Below, one piece after another: positions 39,223 through 51,630 of a stretch of 64,000 nt of DNA. Origin of the DNA: Octopus sinensis. Its lineage: Eukaryota. Position 1 is the first letter of the stretch. Each line of letters opens with the position of its first letter. The position numbers and the translations under genes are program-made. The notes under the pieces were generated by a model. That model saw nothing but the letters and a program-made list of their open reading frames with translations. It was not told the DNA's origin and made no database searches. The stretch is taken from positions 56,916,001-56,980,000 of the forward strand of contig NC_042999.1 of assembly GCF_006345805.1 (NCBI RefSeq). The letters are read 5' to 3'.

Positions 39223-40294
39223 ATTTTTGACTTAACTGATTCTACCACTCACTGCCTTTCTTAAACAATTACATGTTCAAAGGCTTACTGAGCATTGAGT
39301 AATATGCACAGCTTGCTGTTTTCTAATTGGGTGTTGACAAATTAAGAACTGCTCATGTTTTCACAACAAAAATAAATCCTGCCTGTTAAACATGGTGGGT
39401 TGGAAAGAGATCATGTTGCAAGTGAAATTTTATCATCATCATTATCGCTGCCACCGCCACCATTGTGAGGAACCATTAGAAGCGGGGACTTTTGATGACT
39501 CCCATACATAATATGGTTTAACTATTAAGCTCTAATCCATATGGTAATATGTTATATATATTGAACTCTGTTATGTGTGGGGGTTATCAAAAGACCCCAC
39601 TTATTTCCTTTAGTCTTGTCAAAGACATGACAATCTCTCTAGGGCCGATGCCATGAAAATCTGCGTTCAGTTCACTCTCTGAAGTAGTTGGTGTTATGAT
39701 ATAAGAAGGCATTCATCTGCAAAAACCAAACCAAAAACGAAACACTCTGAGTGGTATGTGGTCCTCTACATATCACTCATCAATCCCATGTCAGCAACAC
39801 ATCGAACACATCGCAGCAACACATCGAACATATGTCAGCATATAAAGCAGATGTAAAATGATGATGAAGATTGTGATGATGATGATGATGACAGCGACAA
39901 TAACGACTAACTGAACTTGAAAAGTGAGGTATGGCTATTCAGTGAAAGTACGGAATATTCGAAATTGTAGGTGAACTCGAGAGGCAGTTCTTTCATCCGC
40001 ATCAAATTTATTACGCTCATACATCTTTTGTTATAAATGTCGGATGTAGTTGGCCACAATATTTGCTTGATCAAACTTACTGATTGCAGCTTAATTAAAT
40101 TAGCCAGGTAAAAAGATTCTGATCCAAAGAGATTCAAAGTCGTCTGAGCAAAAGTTAGGTAAATATAGTTCAATGGAATAAATGGAAGAAAAGAGAATTC
40201 TGACATTTTAAGTAGAGCTCCTCTCCAATATGAAATTTATTCTATTTTGTGAAATTTAGCAAAATAATTGACGCATAGAATTTAAATGGTCCAA

Positions 40295-40530
40295 GGGCGA
40301 CGAGCTGGCAGAAACATTAGCACACCGGGCGAAATGCTTAGCGGTATTTCGTCTGCCGCTACGTTCTGAGTTCAAATTCCGCTGAGGTCGACTTTGCCTT
40401 TCATCCTTTCGGGGTCAATTAACTAAGTACCAGTTACGCACTGGGTCAATGTAATTGACTTAATCCGTTTGTCTGTCCATGTTTGTCCCCTCTGTGTGTA
40501 GCCCCTTGTGGGCAGTAAAGAAATAAGAAT
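40295..40530 (+). mobile_element. SINE family G, young-looking
   Basis: Full head, B-box and G tail; many CpGs intact. Confidence 0.9.
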
Positions 40531-40569
40531 TTAAATGTTCCTCATGGAAGTGAAGGACAAAGTGGGGAA

Positions 40570-40912
40570 GCATGACCTTTGACTGTGGGGTATTGTGGAG
40601 GCAATGGCAAGTGACTGAGACCTGTAAAGCTAAGTGAAAGCATAGCTGTGACCATTGCCAGTATCATGTAAATGGCACATGTGGAATCTTATTCATGGCT
40701 GTTACTGGTGTCGTGTAAATGGTGCCCATGCTTATGGCACATAAAAAGCCCCCATTACACTTTCGGAGTGGTTGATGTTAAGAAGGACACCCAACCATAG
40801 AAACCATGCCGAAACAGACTTGAACCTGGGGCAGCTCTCCAGCTTACCGGGTCCAGTGTCAAACCATCTAAACCATACCAGCATGGAAAGCAGATGTTAA
40901 ATGACGATGATG
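40570..40912 (+). mobile_element. Older RTE-type 3' tail
   Basis: Degenerate terminal module ending accagcatggaaagcagatgttaaatgacgatgatg. Confidence 0.7.
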
Positions 40913-41371
40913 AGCAAGAAATTGTGAACGAAAAGAGTTGTAATAAAGTTTGTGCCTCGTTTACTTATGAAAAATCAAAAGCTGTCACAACTGAATGTGT
41001 GTCATGAACTGAAAGAACAGTTGGAAGTTGATCCAAACATTTTTTCAAAGGTCATCACTGATGATGAAAGCCGGTGTCATGGTTACGACCCTGAAATAAA
41101 GCAGCTGTCAAGTCAATGGAAGTATTCAATGTCACTATGCCCCAAAAAAGCATGTCAAGTGAAGTCCAATGTCAAGACGATGCTGGTTTGTTTCATTGAT
41201 GCAAAAGTAAGTATCAATTCACAAGAGTTCCAGAACTTTGTTGAAGGGCAGGAAACACATCTGGACTGATGCAGTGCTTCAAATGAAGAATACTTTGAAG
41301 GTAATAAAAATGTAAACACTAAGTGAATAAAATTATATTGCAAAATTCTGGTTTCTTTTGGGTATCCCCTC
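40912..41371 (+). mobile_element. Degraded mariner transposase fragment with right end (second mariner family)
   Basis: ORF 40952..41269: (KFV)PRLL...FSKVITDDESRCHGYDPEIKQLSSQW...KSNVKTMLVCF, equivalent to the mariner TGDETW-x-YDPE-x-K-QS-xW motif. Confidence 0.8.
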
Positions 41372-42239
41372 CCATGGTGGGCTTCTTTGAGTTTCTGACT
41401 ACCAACTTCACTCACAAGACTTTGGATAGTCTGGGACAAGAGTAGAAGAAACTCCCCCAAGGTGCAAAACAGGAGGACAGAACTTGAAACCATGAGGTTG
41501 GGAAACAAACTTCTCAACTGCTCAGCCAAGCCTGAACCTATCATAAAAAAACCCAAAAAACAAAAATCCCTTAGGGAATTTTATTTCTCACCTAGACAGT
41601 TTGGTTGTAGAAATAATGAGACAACTGGGCAATGAACATAAATTATCCACACACTAATACCTCAATAGACTGTTTTCAGCCAATTGGAACCTATTTTTGT
41701 TTTTCATTTCAGCTTTAGCAAACACATCATTTATTTCATTGTATTATTTGAGAAAACTATGACAATATGGTTAAAACAAAACCCAAAAACCCCCCAAAAC
41801 AAAACAAAAAAATACTGGTCTTATGTTAAAAAGCAATATGGGGAAAAGAAAGCAAAAAATGCTGGTTATATTTTCGAAAATTTCATTGTTCATGGTTTAT
41901 AAATTTTTCTGTTGAAAGAAAAGGAGTTATTTAATGGATGGTGTGTAGGTGATATACGTTGTGGTAGTGGTGGTAGCAACTAATAGACTGAACAACTATA
42001 ATATTCAGTCAACATAATTAACTGACATTTGAGCTAGTCATTTGCCCAACCTGAAGTTACAGCAACTATTTGGTATGCTGGTAGATAGAGTTGCCTTGGT
42101 AACTGGTTGATATTTAAACTATCATCCACTTGAGGTGTGGCCAAGGCTGAGTAGATAAAGTGTGGTCCTTCTCAGCCAAAGAGCTGTGAGTCACTGGCGC
42201 TGTGCAGCACTAGACATCTTATGACCTCAGTAGTGTTGT

Positions 42240-42745
42240 GCTGTGCAATGTACAACACAGTGAACATCCCCTGATCTTATTTATTTACAAACTGATTTAA
42301 GTAGGTAGTGTTGGTTGTGGCTAACTGTAATGATATAGTAAGGACTATAGTAGTGAAATAGTAGCTGTAGTGATGGTGTGGTGGCAGTACTAGTAACTGC
42401 AGCGATAATGTAGGGTTGTCGTGATGGCTGTGGTACTGACTGTGGTGTAACTGTAATAATATGGTCGGGGCTGGTTGCAATGATATGGTGATGGTTGCTG
42501 AAATGTTGTGGTTTTTGCAGTGGTAGGATGGTAGCCTATAACAGTGTGGTGGTGATTTTACAGGTGTTACTGGGATTGGTTGTGATGTAGCATGGCAGTG
42601 GCTGCATTGATGTAGTGGTGACCACAGCAATGTGCAGGTAACTGTATTGCAACGTAGTGATGTGGGAGTGACTGTGGTGGTATAGTAATGTCTGAAGTGG
42701 TATAATGGTCGATGATTGTAGTTGAAAAATGGCTGACATATGATA
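42240..42745. repeat. Degenerate TGG/TAG/TGT low-complexity tract
   Basis: Direct reading; yields Thr/His/Tyr-rich spurious ORFs. Confidence 0.7.
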
Positions 42746-42754
42746 ATAATATTG

Positions 42755-43765
42755 GTCTTAAACTTTGGCACAAGGCCAGAAATTTAGGGGAGGGGGCCTA
42801 GTCAATTACATTGATCTCAGGATTCAGCTGGTATTCTGGCAGAAACGTTAGCACGCCGGGGGAAATGCTAAGCGGTATTTTGTCTGCTGTTATGTTCTGA
42901 GTTCAAATCCCGCCGAGGTCGACTTTGCCTTTCATCCTTTCGGGGTCGATAAATAAAGTATCAGTTACACACTGGGGTCGATGTAATCGACTTAATACCT
43001 TTATCTGTCCTTGTTTGTCCCCTCTGTGTGTAGCCCCTTGTGGGTAGCGAAGAAATAAGAAAGGAGAAAAGGCAAAGTTGACCCTGGCAACATTTGAATT
43101 AAAAAATGTAAAGATGAATAAAACATTGTTAAGCATTTTGTCTGGCATATTAATGATTAATGATTCCGCCAGCTCACTGCCTTGGTATATGATATTGATT
43201 TCAGATTTTGGTACAAGGCCAGCAATTTCAGGGGATGGAATAAATTGATTACATTGACTCTAGTGCTCAATTGGTACAACCAGTGTCGGATCGTTACCAG
43301 CGTCGCCTTACTGGCACTTGTGCCGGTGGCATGTGAAAAAACATTCGAGCGAGGTCGTTGCCAGTGCCACTGGACTGGCTCCTGTGCAGGTGGCACATAA
43401 AGAACACCATTTGAGCGTGGCCGTTGCCAGTACCGTCTGACTGGCCCTCATGCCAGTTGCACGTAAAAGCACCCACTACACTCTCAGAGTGGTTGGCATT
43501 AGGAAGGGCATCCAGCTGTAGAAACTCTGCCAGATCAAGATTGAAGCCTGGTGCAGCCATCTGGTTTGCCAGTCCTCAGTCAAATCGTCCAACCCATGCT
43601 AGCATGGAAAGCAGACGTTAAACGATGATGATGATGATTTACTGACCCTGAAAGGATGAAAGGCAAAGTCAGCCTCGGCAGCATTTGAACTCAGAATGTA
43701 AAGATGGACGAAATGCCGCTAAGCATTTTGCCTGGCATGTTAACGATTCTGCCAGCTCACCACCT
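42755..43765. mobile_element. SINE F/G cluster in mixed orientation, with an RTE tail (43278-43638, +) nested in a minus-strand SINE F
   Basis: SINE F resumes exactly after the RTE (GAT)n tail (…ttggtac | RTE | ttactgaccctgaaagg…). Confidence 0.85.
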
Positions 43766-43974
43766 TTATATATGATAGTAATACTGGAAGCCAACAATCA
43801 CTGGTGTTGTATGGCATATCAACAAAATACTGAAGGCCAGCCAATCCCCTGTTTACTAGACACCAACAGAGTAGGTTAATAACACCAAATGGTAGTAGGT
43901 GCATGGCCCAGTGGTTAAGGTGTTAAATCAAAAAGATTTTGCTGCTAAAATTTATATGCAAGAAATTGCTTATA

Positions 43975-44105
43975 TGAGGTAGTATCAAAAAGTTCCCAGA
44001 TTAGTTCTGTAGTGCACCAACAGATGACGGCACATGGTTACATGCACAGTGAGAGCTAGCAGTTACCTTCATGGGGCAGTGTGCTGAGTGACATCTCTGT
44101 GTTTA
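43975..44105 (+). mobile_element. Probable mariner left end fragment
   Basis: TA-tgaggtagtatcaaaaagttcccag resembles the cgagggg.gatcaaaaagtt mariner TIR type. Confidence 0.45.
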
Positions 44106-44525
44106 CTCCTTTACATTCGGAGTTCAAATTCTGCCAGGGTTGACTTTGCCATTCGTCTCTTTTAGGGTCAATAAAATAAGTACTAATTGAACTCTGGGGT
44201 TGATGTAATTGACTTAACCCTTTCCCTGAAATTGCTGGCCTTGTGCCAAAATTTGAAATAATAATAATAATAAAATTAATTCTTCTTCTTCTTCTTCTTA
44301 TTATTATTATTATTAAAGCAATGAGCTGGCTGAATTGTTAGCATGCTGGTAAAAATGCTTAGTGTCATTCATGTCATTAGTTCTGAGTTCAAATATCATT
44401 GAGGTCAAATTTGCCTTTTATCCTTTTGGGGTCAATAAATAAGTACCAGTTAAGCACTGGGGTTGATGTAATCAACTAGCCCCCTCCCCCAAAATTCCTT
44501 GCCTTGTGCCTATATTAGAAAGGAT
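44100..44525 (+). mobile_element. Two SINE F copies separated by AT-rich simple repeats
   Basis: Family motifs. Confidence 0.75.
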
Positions 44526-45139
44526 TTTTATTACTATTTCTATTATTAAAAATGAACTCATTGTACAAACCATTGAGAACATTACCCAGTGTTCATCTCT
44601 TCTATTAGCATTTCTTACTTAAGCTGACTGACCAGTCTGACAAATATTTGTTGTTGCAACACAGTGAAACTGTTCAAACTTTACTGACCAGATTCATAAC
44701 AACAATAGACCACTTGTGTGATTTTATTAAATTTCAAGGTATTTAAGCTTATTAAATACAGCTATTTATTGACAGTTGTTGTTCAGTTCAAATGGGGCAG
44801 GCTAATAATCTTTTTGTAAACAATAGACTGTGTTATCGAATGTGCCCTTTCTTAAGATGGTAGGGTGACTTGAGGGGCATTTGGCTACTATTTCTAGCAG
44901 ATTGAATGACCACAACCATGTAAAGTGTTCTTTATTTAGTGGTATATTAAGCTTGTGCTTAACTATGCCATAATAAGAATTTGTTCAATATTTTGACTAT
45001 CCTACAGACCTCTATCATTTTGAGGTCAAACCCTACATTTCTGTAATCCTGAACAACATAAATAACTGTCTGCTTTAGTTTGTCAGTATTGGTGAAACAG
45101 GCTTCATTCCTACTTCAAATATGAAGTAGTTAATATCGA

Positions 45140-45352
45140 TTTTGAAATTTTGGCATAAGGTCAGCGATTTTTGGAGAGGGGACAAGTCAATGACATAAGC
45201 CCTAGTGTTTAACTGGTACTTATTTAATCAACCCCAAAAGGGATAAAAGGCAAAGCTGACCTCAGAAGAATTTGAACTCAGAACATAAAGACAGACAAAA
45301 TGCCACTAAGCTTTTTTCCTGACATGCTAACAAGTCTGCTGGCTTGCCACCT
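45140..45352 (-). mobile_element. SINE family F
   Basis: Family motifs. Confidence 0.75.
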
Positions 45353-45984
45353 TTGAAATAATTTATATTAAGAAGTTAAAATCCTATTAAGGTCAGTTTT
45401 ATAATTCTTTCTTTTGAGGTTAATAAAATAAGTACCGGTTAAGTATGGCAGTTGACTATGCCAAAAATACATGACCTAGTAGAAACTGTTTGAAATGAAC
45501 ACCAGGAAGGGGCATCCATCCAATAGTAAATCAATAACTCTGGCAGAAAGCATCCCACCTATTAAAAATGGGAGGAATGAATGTAAAATAGCTGGATGAA
45601 CACTATACAGCAAAAAATCAAACTCACTCCCCCAATGAATTCAATAATTAATTTTAATTAATTAACATTTTGGGTTTGTCTTCCCTGTTTATTGTAGCTA
45701 GAATTCATTATTTAGAAAATGATTACTCCCGTTACTAAAGAGTGTGGTAATAATCAATTAAAGTCCCTTGGCTCATTAAATCAAGCATGCTGGCATCCAC
45801 CTTAAACATTAATACAGGTGAATTTGGTACAGAAATGAAATATCAATGCAATTCATTCTCAAAAACTTTTGGACATGGACTAAAGAAAGCAAGATATTCT
45901 TTGCTCACCAACAGTATCTAGTACAATAAAAGAATTATGGGATATACAGTGTGTTGAGAAAACTAGTTGAGAATAACCATCTTA

Positions 45985-46345
45985 TTAACAATAACTCTGA
46001 GCACCTTTTCAAACTCCATCTGTCTAATACCCATGGACAGAAAAGTCAGAAAACAGCACAGCTCCTTTGACTTTCGGAAACATTCTTTCACGCTAAGAGT
46101 TGCTGAAGTATGGAACAAACTGCCGGCATCAGTTGTTAGTTGTTAAAGCACTGCATCCTTGAAAACTTCCATGCTTCTTGAGATTTGCCAACACTACACC
46201 TGATTTTCTCCCTTCCATACACACGCAAGCATGTATCTGACTCATACACTGTTCACTTTCCAGACATTTGTACATTACTGCATATGCTTTATATGCACTT
46301 TTGACAAGTTGTGGTGCACCTGAGCACTGTATACAATAATTTCAT
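45985..46345 (+). mobile_element. Second CR1-clade 3' end
   Basis: Colinear with 25070-25430 (gaaaacagcacagctcc...gactttcggaaac...gtgcacctgagcactgta). Confidence 0.85.
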
Positions 46346-46984
46346 CATTGTCATCATCATCATCATCATTATTATTATTGTTGTTATACAACATTTCTGA
46401 CATGTGCGAGCAATGAGATGTTAATGCAATATCATTATTGTGAGTGTTTTACATCAGTTTTTTCTGAGATGATTTTTCTAGAGTAGGGGTTTATGACTAG
46501 ATGTCCTTCTTGTCATCAGCCCTTTTAGTTACCTCTAATGATGCACTGGGAATGTGTTATACAGCAAAATAGTTGAGTGGATAGAGTGGGGGATCAATTT
46601 TATCATTATGAATATCTTGAGAGTCAAATCTACAGCATGCATTTATCTGAATGCCTATTTTGTAGCAGTCCACTTAATTCTGTGCAGATCAGTTCATTTA
46701 GCTATGGGAATGCTACCTGAGATAAAACTGGTGTTTTGTGCGATCTAATGATAAACCTATTTTTCATGTATTTATGTCATTAAATTTCACAATAGAACAA
46801 TAGTGTTGTTGATAAAAGATTTCCAAAGGTCATTCTCTAGTTCACAAAATTTCTGACAGTAAGAGTGACAGGGAAGTTTTCTGCAGTTCAATCCAGAACA
46901 AATATTTCAAGGGAATTCATTCTTAAAGCACCATATTCTTTATTACTTTTATTATTATTTTCTATTACTTATATTATTCTTTTA

Positions 46985-47210
46985 TTCTTTTACTTGTTTC
47001 AGTCACTTGACTGTGGCCATGCTCGAGCACTGCCTTTTTTTTTTTACATCTCTGTAACTTAGCAGTTCAGCAAAAAACAGCAAAAAACAGAATGATATGA
47101 TTTGTACCAAATTTAAGAAATAATTACTAGGGCTGATTTGTCTGATTAAAACCTTCAAGACAGTGCCCCAGCATGGCCACAGTCCAATGAGTGAAGCAAG
47201 TATAAGGTAG
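46985..47210. mobile_element. Inverted pair of SINE B tails
   Basis: tgtttcagtcacttgactgtggccatgct (46996) is inverted relative to agcatggccacagtccaatgagtgaagca (~47170). Confidence 0.65.
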
Positions 47211-47289
47211 AAGATACATATATGTGTGTGGGTGTGTGTATGTGCCTCTGTGCATTTATGAGTATGTGTATGTTTGTGATTCCTTGTCT

Positions 47290-47622
47290 TGACACGGGCG
47301 AGACAGCTGCAAGCGAGCAGCACCATTTACTAGCTATACCATTCGTTTCCATGAAAAACATATCTGGTCAATGCGAAATATTACCTTACTTGGAAACAAG
47401 GCTATGACTGACTACAGGAAGGGGGGGAGGGGGTATCCAGTCATAGAAATTTCTCTTCTTAATGAAATTTTGTCGAACCCATACAAGAATGGAAAAGTGG
47501 ACACTAAAACGATGACACAATGATGATGATCATAATGACAATGACGGCAGCGATAACAACGATGATGATGATGAAGATGAGGATAACAACAACAACAATG
47601 ACGATGATGACGATGACGGTGG

Positions 47623-47653
<31 letters not shown>

Positions 47654-47660
47654 GATGATG
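47290..47660 (+). mobile_element. Old RTE-type tail followed by (GAT)n/(AAC)n
   Basis: aacccatacaagaatggaaaagtggacactaaaacgatga, a degenerate terminal module. Confidence 0.6.
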
Positions 47661-48295
47661 ATGATATGGTAAATAGTTTCCTGAATATCAAAGATATTGC
47701 CCCAACCAAACTATAGACAGCTACTTAGCTGTAACAATTAATTGGTTGCAGAGTATCAAATATGCTGGTTACTATGGCATCTGGTTGGTTGTTTATGGTT
47801 TGTCTAATCTATTGCCTATATAAAGTTCCTAAAGTAATGTTTACAATACCAATTGCCCGGAGGCTTATACTTTAGAAAGCACATGTGATTGTATATGCGT
47901 GTGTGGGTGTATACATGTACATGTGTGTGTGTGGGTTGGTGTATACATGTATGTGTGTGTGCATGTGTGTGCGTGTGTGTGTGCATGTGTGTAAAAAAAA
48001 GAGGGAAGAGATGCGATAAAGATGTGATAGAGAAGAGGGGTGGCAAACATGTGAATGTATGTATGTGTCGAGGATATGTGGATAATAAGATGTGTGTGTA
48101 TGTATATGTGTATGGTTGATGAAGCAAGTTTATATGAGTAGGTGGTGTTTCTGCATTTATAGTAGAGGTATAGAATGATGTGAGAGCCTGAGAGTGGTTC
48201 ATACATCTGTGTGTGTGTGGGGGGGTGTATGTAGGTGTTGTGCATGGGGCTAATAATGTGTGTATGGGCATATCACAAAATATGTATGTGTACTG

Positions 48296-48354
<59 letters not shown>

Positions 48355-48615
48355 CACACACACACACACACACACATACACACACACACATACACACACC
48401 TACATACGTAGAGACATGTAGATGTGTGTATGAATGAGGAAGTGAGGGTGTAAGACTGGCACGTGCATGTGTGTGTGTATGTACATGCTTTTGCCTTTTT
48501 TACACTAAGTATACGTATATAAACAACATGGTATATGTTTACTTAAAAGAAAAAGAAAGAATTTAAACAAACATGCTTTGTTATGTATACTTAGAGTGGT
48601 ACAGCATTGTATGTA

Positions 48616-48673
<58 letters not shown>

Positions 48674-48699
48674 CACACATACATACACACATACATATA

Positions 48700-48854
48700 T
48701 ACACGTGTATGTATATGTTTATATGCATTTATACATACACATACATATGTTTGCATGCATTATACGAATATGTGTGTGTGTGTGTGTTTGCGGTATGTAT
48801 GGATGTATATGTTTGTATGTATATCCGTATATATATACATACACTCATAAATAC

Positions 48855-48887
<33 letters not shown>

Positions 48888-49746
48888 TACATATGTACGT
48901 ACATATTTATATGCATTTATACATAAACATACATATGTTTGTATCCATACACTTGTGTGTGTGTGTGTGTGTATACACACGCACATATATGATACACATA
49001 TGTTTATATCATCTGTTATGGAGGGGAGACAGTGCCTACAACCCATCATAGGGCTTCTGAAGCTAGTGGAAAGGTGGGGATGAAAATATCCTCAAACCAG
49101 ATACCAGAACTGAATGCATGCAACACTGTAGACTCTGTTAAATGCACTCACACCTTACTTGGGTTGTAGGCAGCACTTTCATATAGTTTAACATGGGGTG
49201 AAGGGTTAAATCTATCACTCAAATATGCCATAAAAGATTTTGAACACAGAACATAAAGAGCTGAAAAAAAAACACTGCCAGGCATCTAGTCTCAGCCTCA
49301 GTGAATGAAAGATAAATTTTATCTTGGCAAGATTTGAATTCTGAGGTAGTTGTATATATGCATGTGTGTGTGTGTATGTGTGTGTGTCTGTGTGTGTGTG
49401 TGTGTGTGCACGTATGTGTGTGTGCATATGTTTGTATGTGTGTATAATCATTTCTCCTTGTCTAGACACCACATGATAGGTTGTAAATGAGCGTCACTGT
49501 CACACAAGCAGTGTCATTCATTTCTGGTTTTCTGTGAAAAGCATGTCTGGCTATGGGGAAATCTTACCTTGTTTGGAAACAGGTGAGGGTTGGCGCCAAG
49601 ACATAGAAATCTACCTCAATAAACTCTGCCTGACCCAATCAAGCTGGATAAGGTGAACATCAAAAGGATGAGATGAAGTAGAATGAGTTCTCTTTTACTT
49701 AAAAGTTGTTGTATGTAGTAATCACCCTTTTGTGTGTGTGTGTGTG

Positions 49747-49818
<72 letters not shown>

Positions 49819-50850
49819 TGTTTGCGGTATGTATGGATGTATATGTTTGTATGTATATCCGTATATATATACATACACACATACATACACACATACATAC
49901 ACACATACATATATACACGTGTATGTATATGTTTATATGCATTTATACATACACATACATACACACATACATATATACACGTGTATGTATATGTTTATAT
50001 GCATTTATACATAAACATACATATGTTTGTATCCATACACTTGTGTGTGTGTGTGTGTGTATACACACGCACATATATGATACACATATTTTTATATCAT
50101 CTGTTATGGAGGGGAGACAGTGCCTACAACCCATCATAGGGCTTCTGAAGCTAGTGGAAAGGTGGGGATGAAAATATCCTCAAACCAGATACCAGAACTG
50201 AATGCATGCAACACTGTAGACTCTGTTAAATGCACTCACACCTTACTTGGGTTGTAGGCAGCACTTTCATATAGTTTAACATGGGGTGAAGGGTTAAATC
50301 TATCACTCAAATATGCCATAAAAGATTTTGAACACAGAACATAAAGAGCTGAAAAAAAAACACTGCCAGGCATCTAGTCTCAGCCTCAGTGAATGAAAGA
50401 TAAATTTTATCTTGGCAAGATTTGAATTCTGAGGTAGTTGTATATATGCATGTGTGTGTGTGTATGTGTGTGTGTCTGTGTGTGTGTGTGTGTGTGTGCA
50501 CGTATGTGTGTGTGCATATGTTTGTATGTGTGTATAATCATTTCTCCTTGTCTAGACACCACATGATAGGTTGTAAATGAGCGTCACTGTCACACAAGCA
50601 GTGTCATTCATTTCTGGTTTTCTGTGAAAAGCATGTCTGGCTATGGGGAAATCTTACCTTGTTTGGAAACAGGTGAGGGTTGGCGCCAAGACATAGAAAT
50701 CTACCTCAATAAACTCTGCCTGACCCAATCAAGCTGGATAAGGTGAACATCAAAAGGATGAAGATGAAGTAGAATGAGTTCTCTTTTACTTAAAAGTTGT
50801 TGTATGTAGTAATCACCCTTTTGTGTGTGTGTGTGTGTGTGCGTGTGTGT
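48700..50850. repeat. Direct tandem duplication, ~1088-bp unit
   Basis: ctgttatggaggggagacag at 49013 and 50101; copies nearly identical (1-bp indel ggatg-agatg vs ggatgaagatg); junction in (GT)n. Confidence 0.95.
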
Positions 50851-50949
50851 GTGTGCGAGTGTGTTTGTGTGTTTGTTTATATTCATTTTACAAATAATGT
50901 AACTCAATTATTCGATAAATACAGCTGGATAAAATAATGCTTTTTACTA

Positions 50950-51142
50950 TCAGCACAAGGCTTGACATTTCAGAGGAAGAGTCTAATCAATTATGTTCAC
51001 CCCAGTATTCAGCTGGTACTTATTTTATCAACCCCCAAAAGAATGAAAGGCAAAGATGACTCAACAGAAATTGAACTCAGAACCTAAAGATACTGCTAAG
51101 CATTTTGTCCTCTGTACTAATGATTCTTCTAGCTCACTGCCT
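50950..51142 (-). mobile_element. SINE family F (degraded)
   Basis: Family motifs. Confidence 0.65.
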
Positions 51143-51630
51143 TATAACTTGATAAAATAATAACATATTGTAATATATAATGTCAATATAACTGATTTAA
51201 AAAGCCTTGATGGCAGTGCTCTAGCATGACCACAGTCTAATAACTGAAGCCTGTTAAAGAATATATTTTTAAAAAATGGTATTTCATCTGGCACTATCAT
51301 TTCTACCACAGCCCTGTTCCAACAAGGTCTTATAATTAAATTGTAATGACATACAATTAGTGCTTCAGTGACATGTAATTAGTGTTGTAGAGACATAATT
51401 AGTAATGCCCGAGAATATAATCAGTACTAAAGATGTTAGGAGATGAACAAAGTGGAAAACGTTTGCTAACAAAAGGCTTCTCCCCCTCTTCACATCACCA
51501 CTCTCTTTTTGTCCTTCCACCCAGATGAACTATTTACAGTGAGGATTTTTATTGTTGTTTAACCCCGGGATAATCCTGACCAAGCAGACTTATAATCAAA
51601 GGTGTTTCAGACAATCAAACATATTTATTA

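Noticed and set aside
42277-42771. 164-aa Thr/His-rich ORF
   Set aside because: Product of a degenerate triplet-repeat tract.
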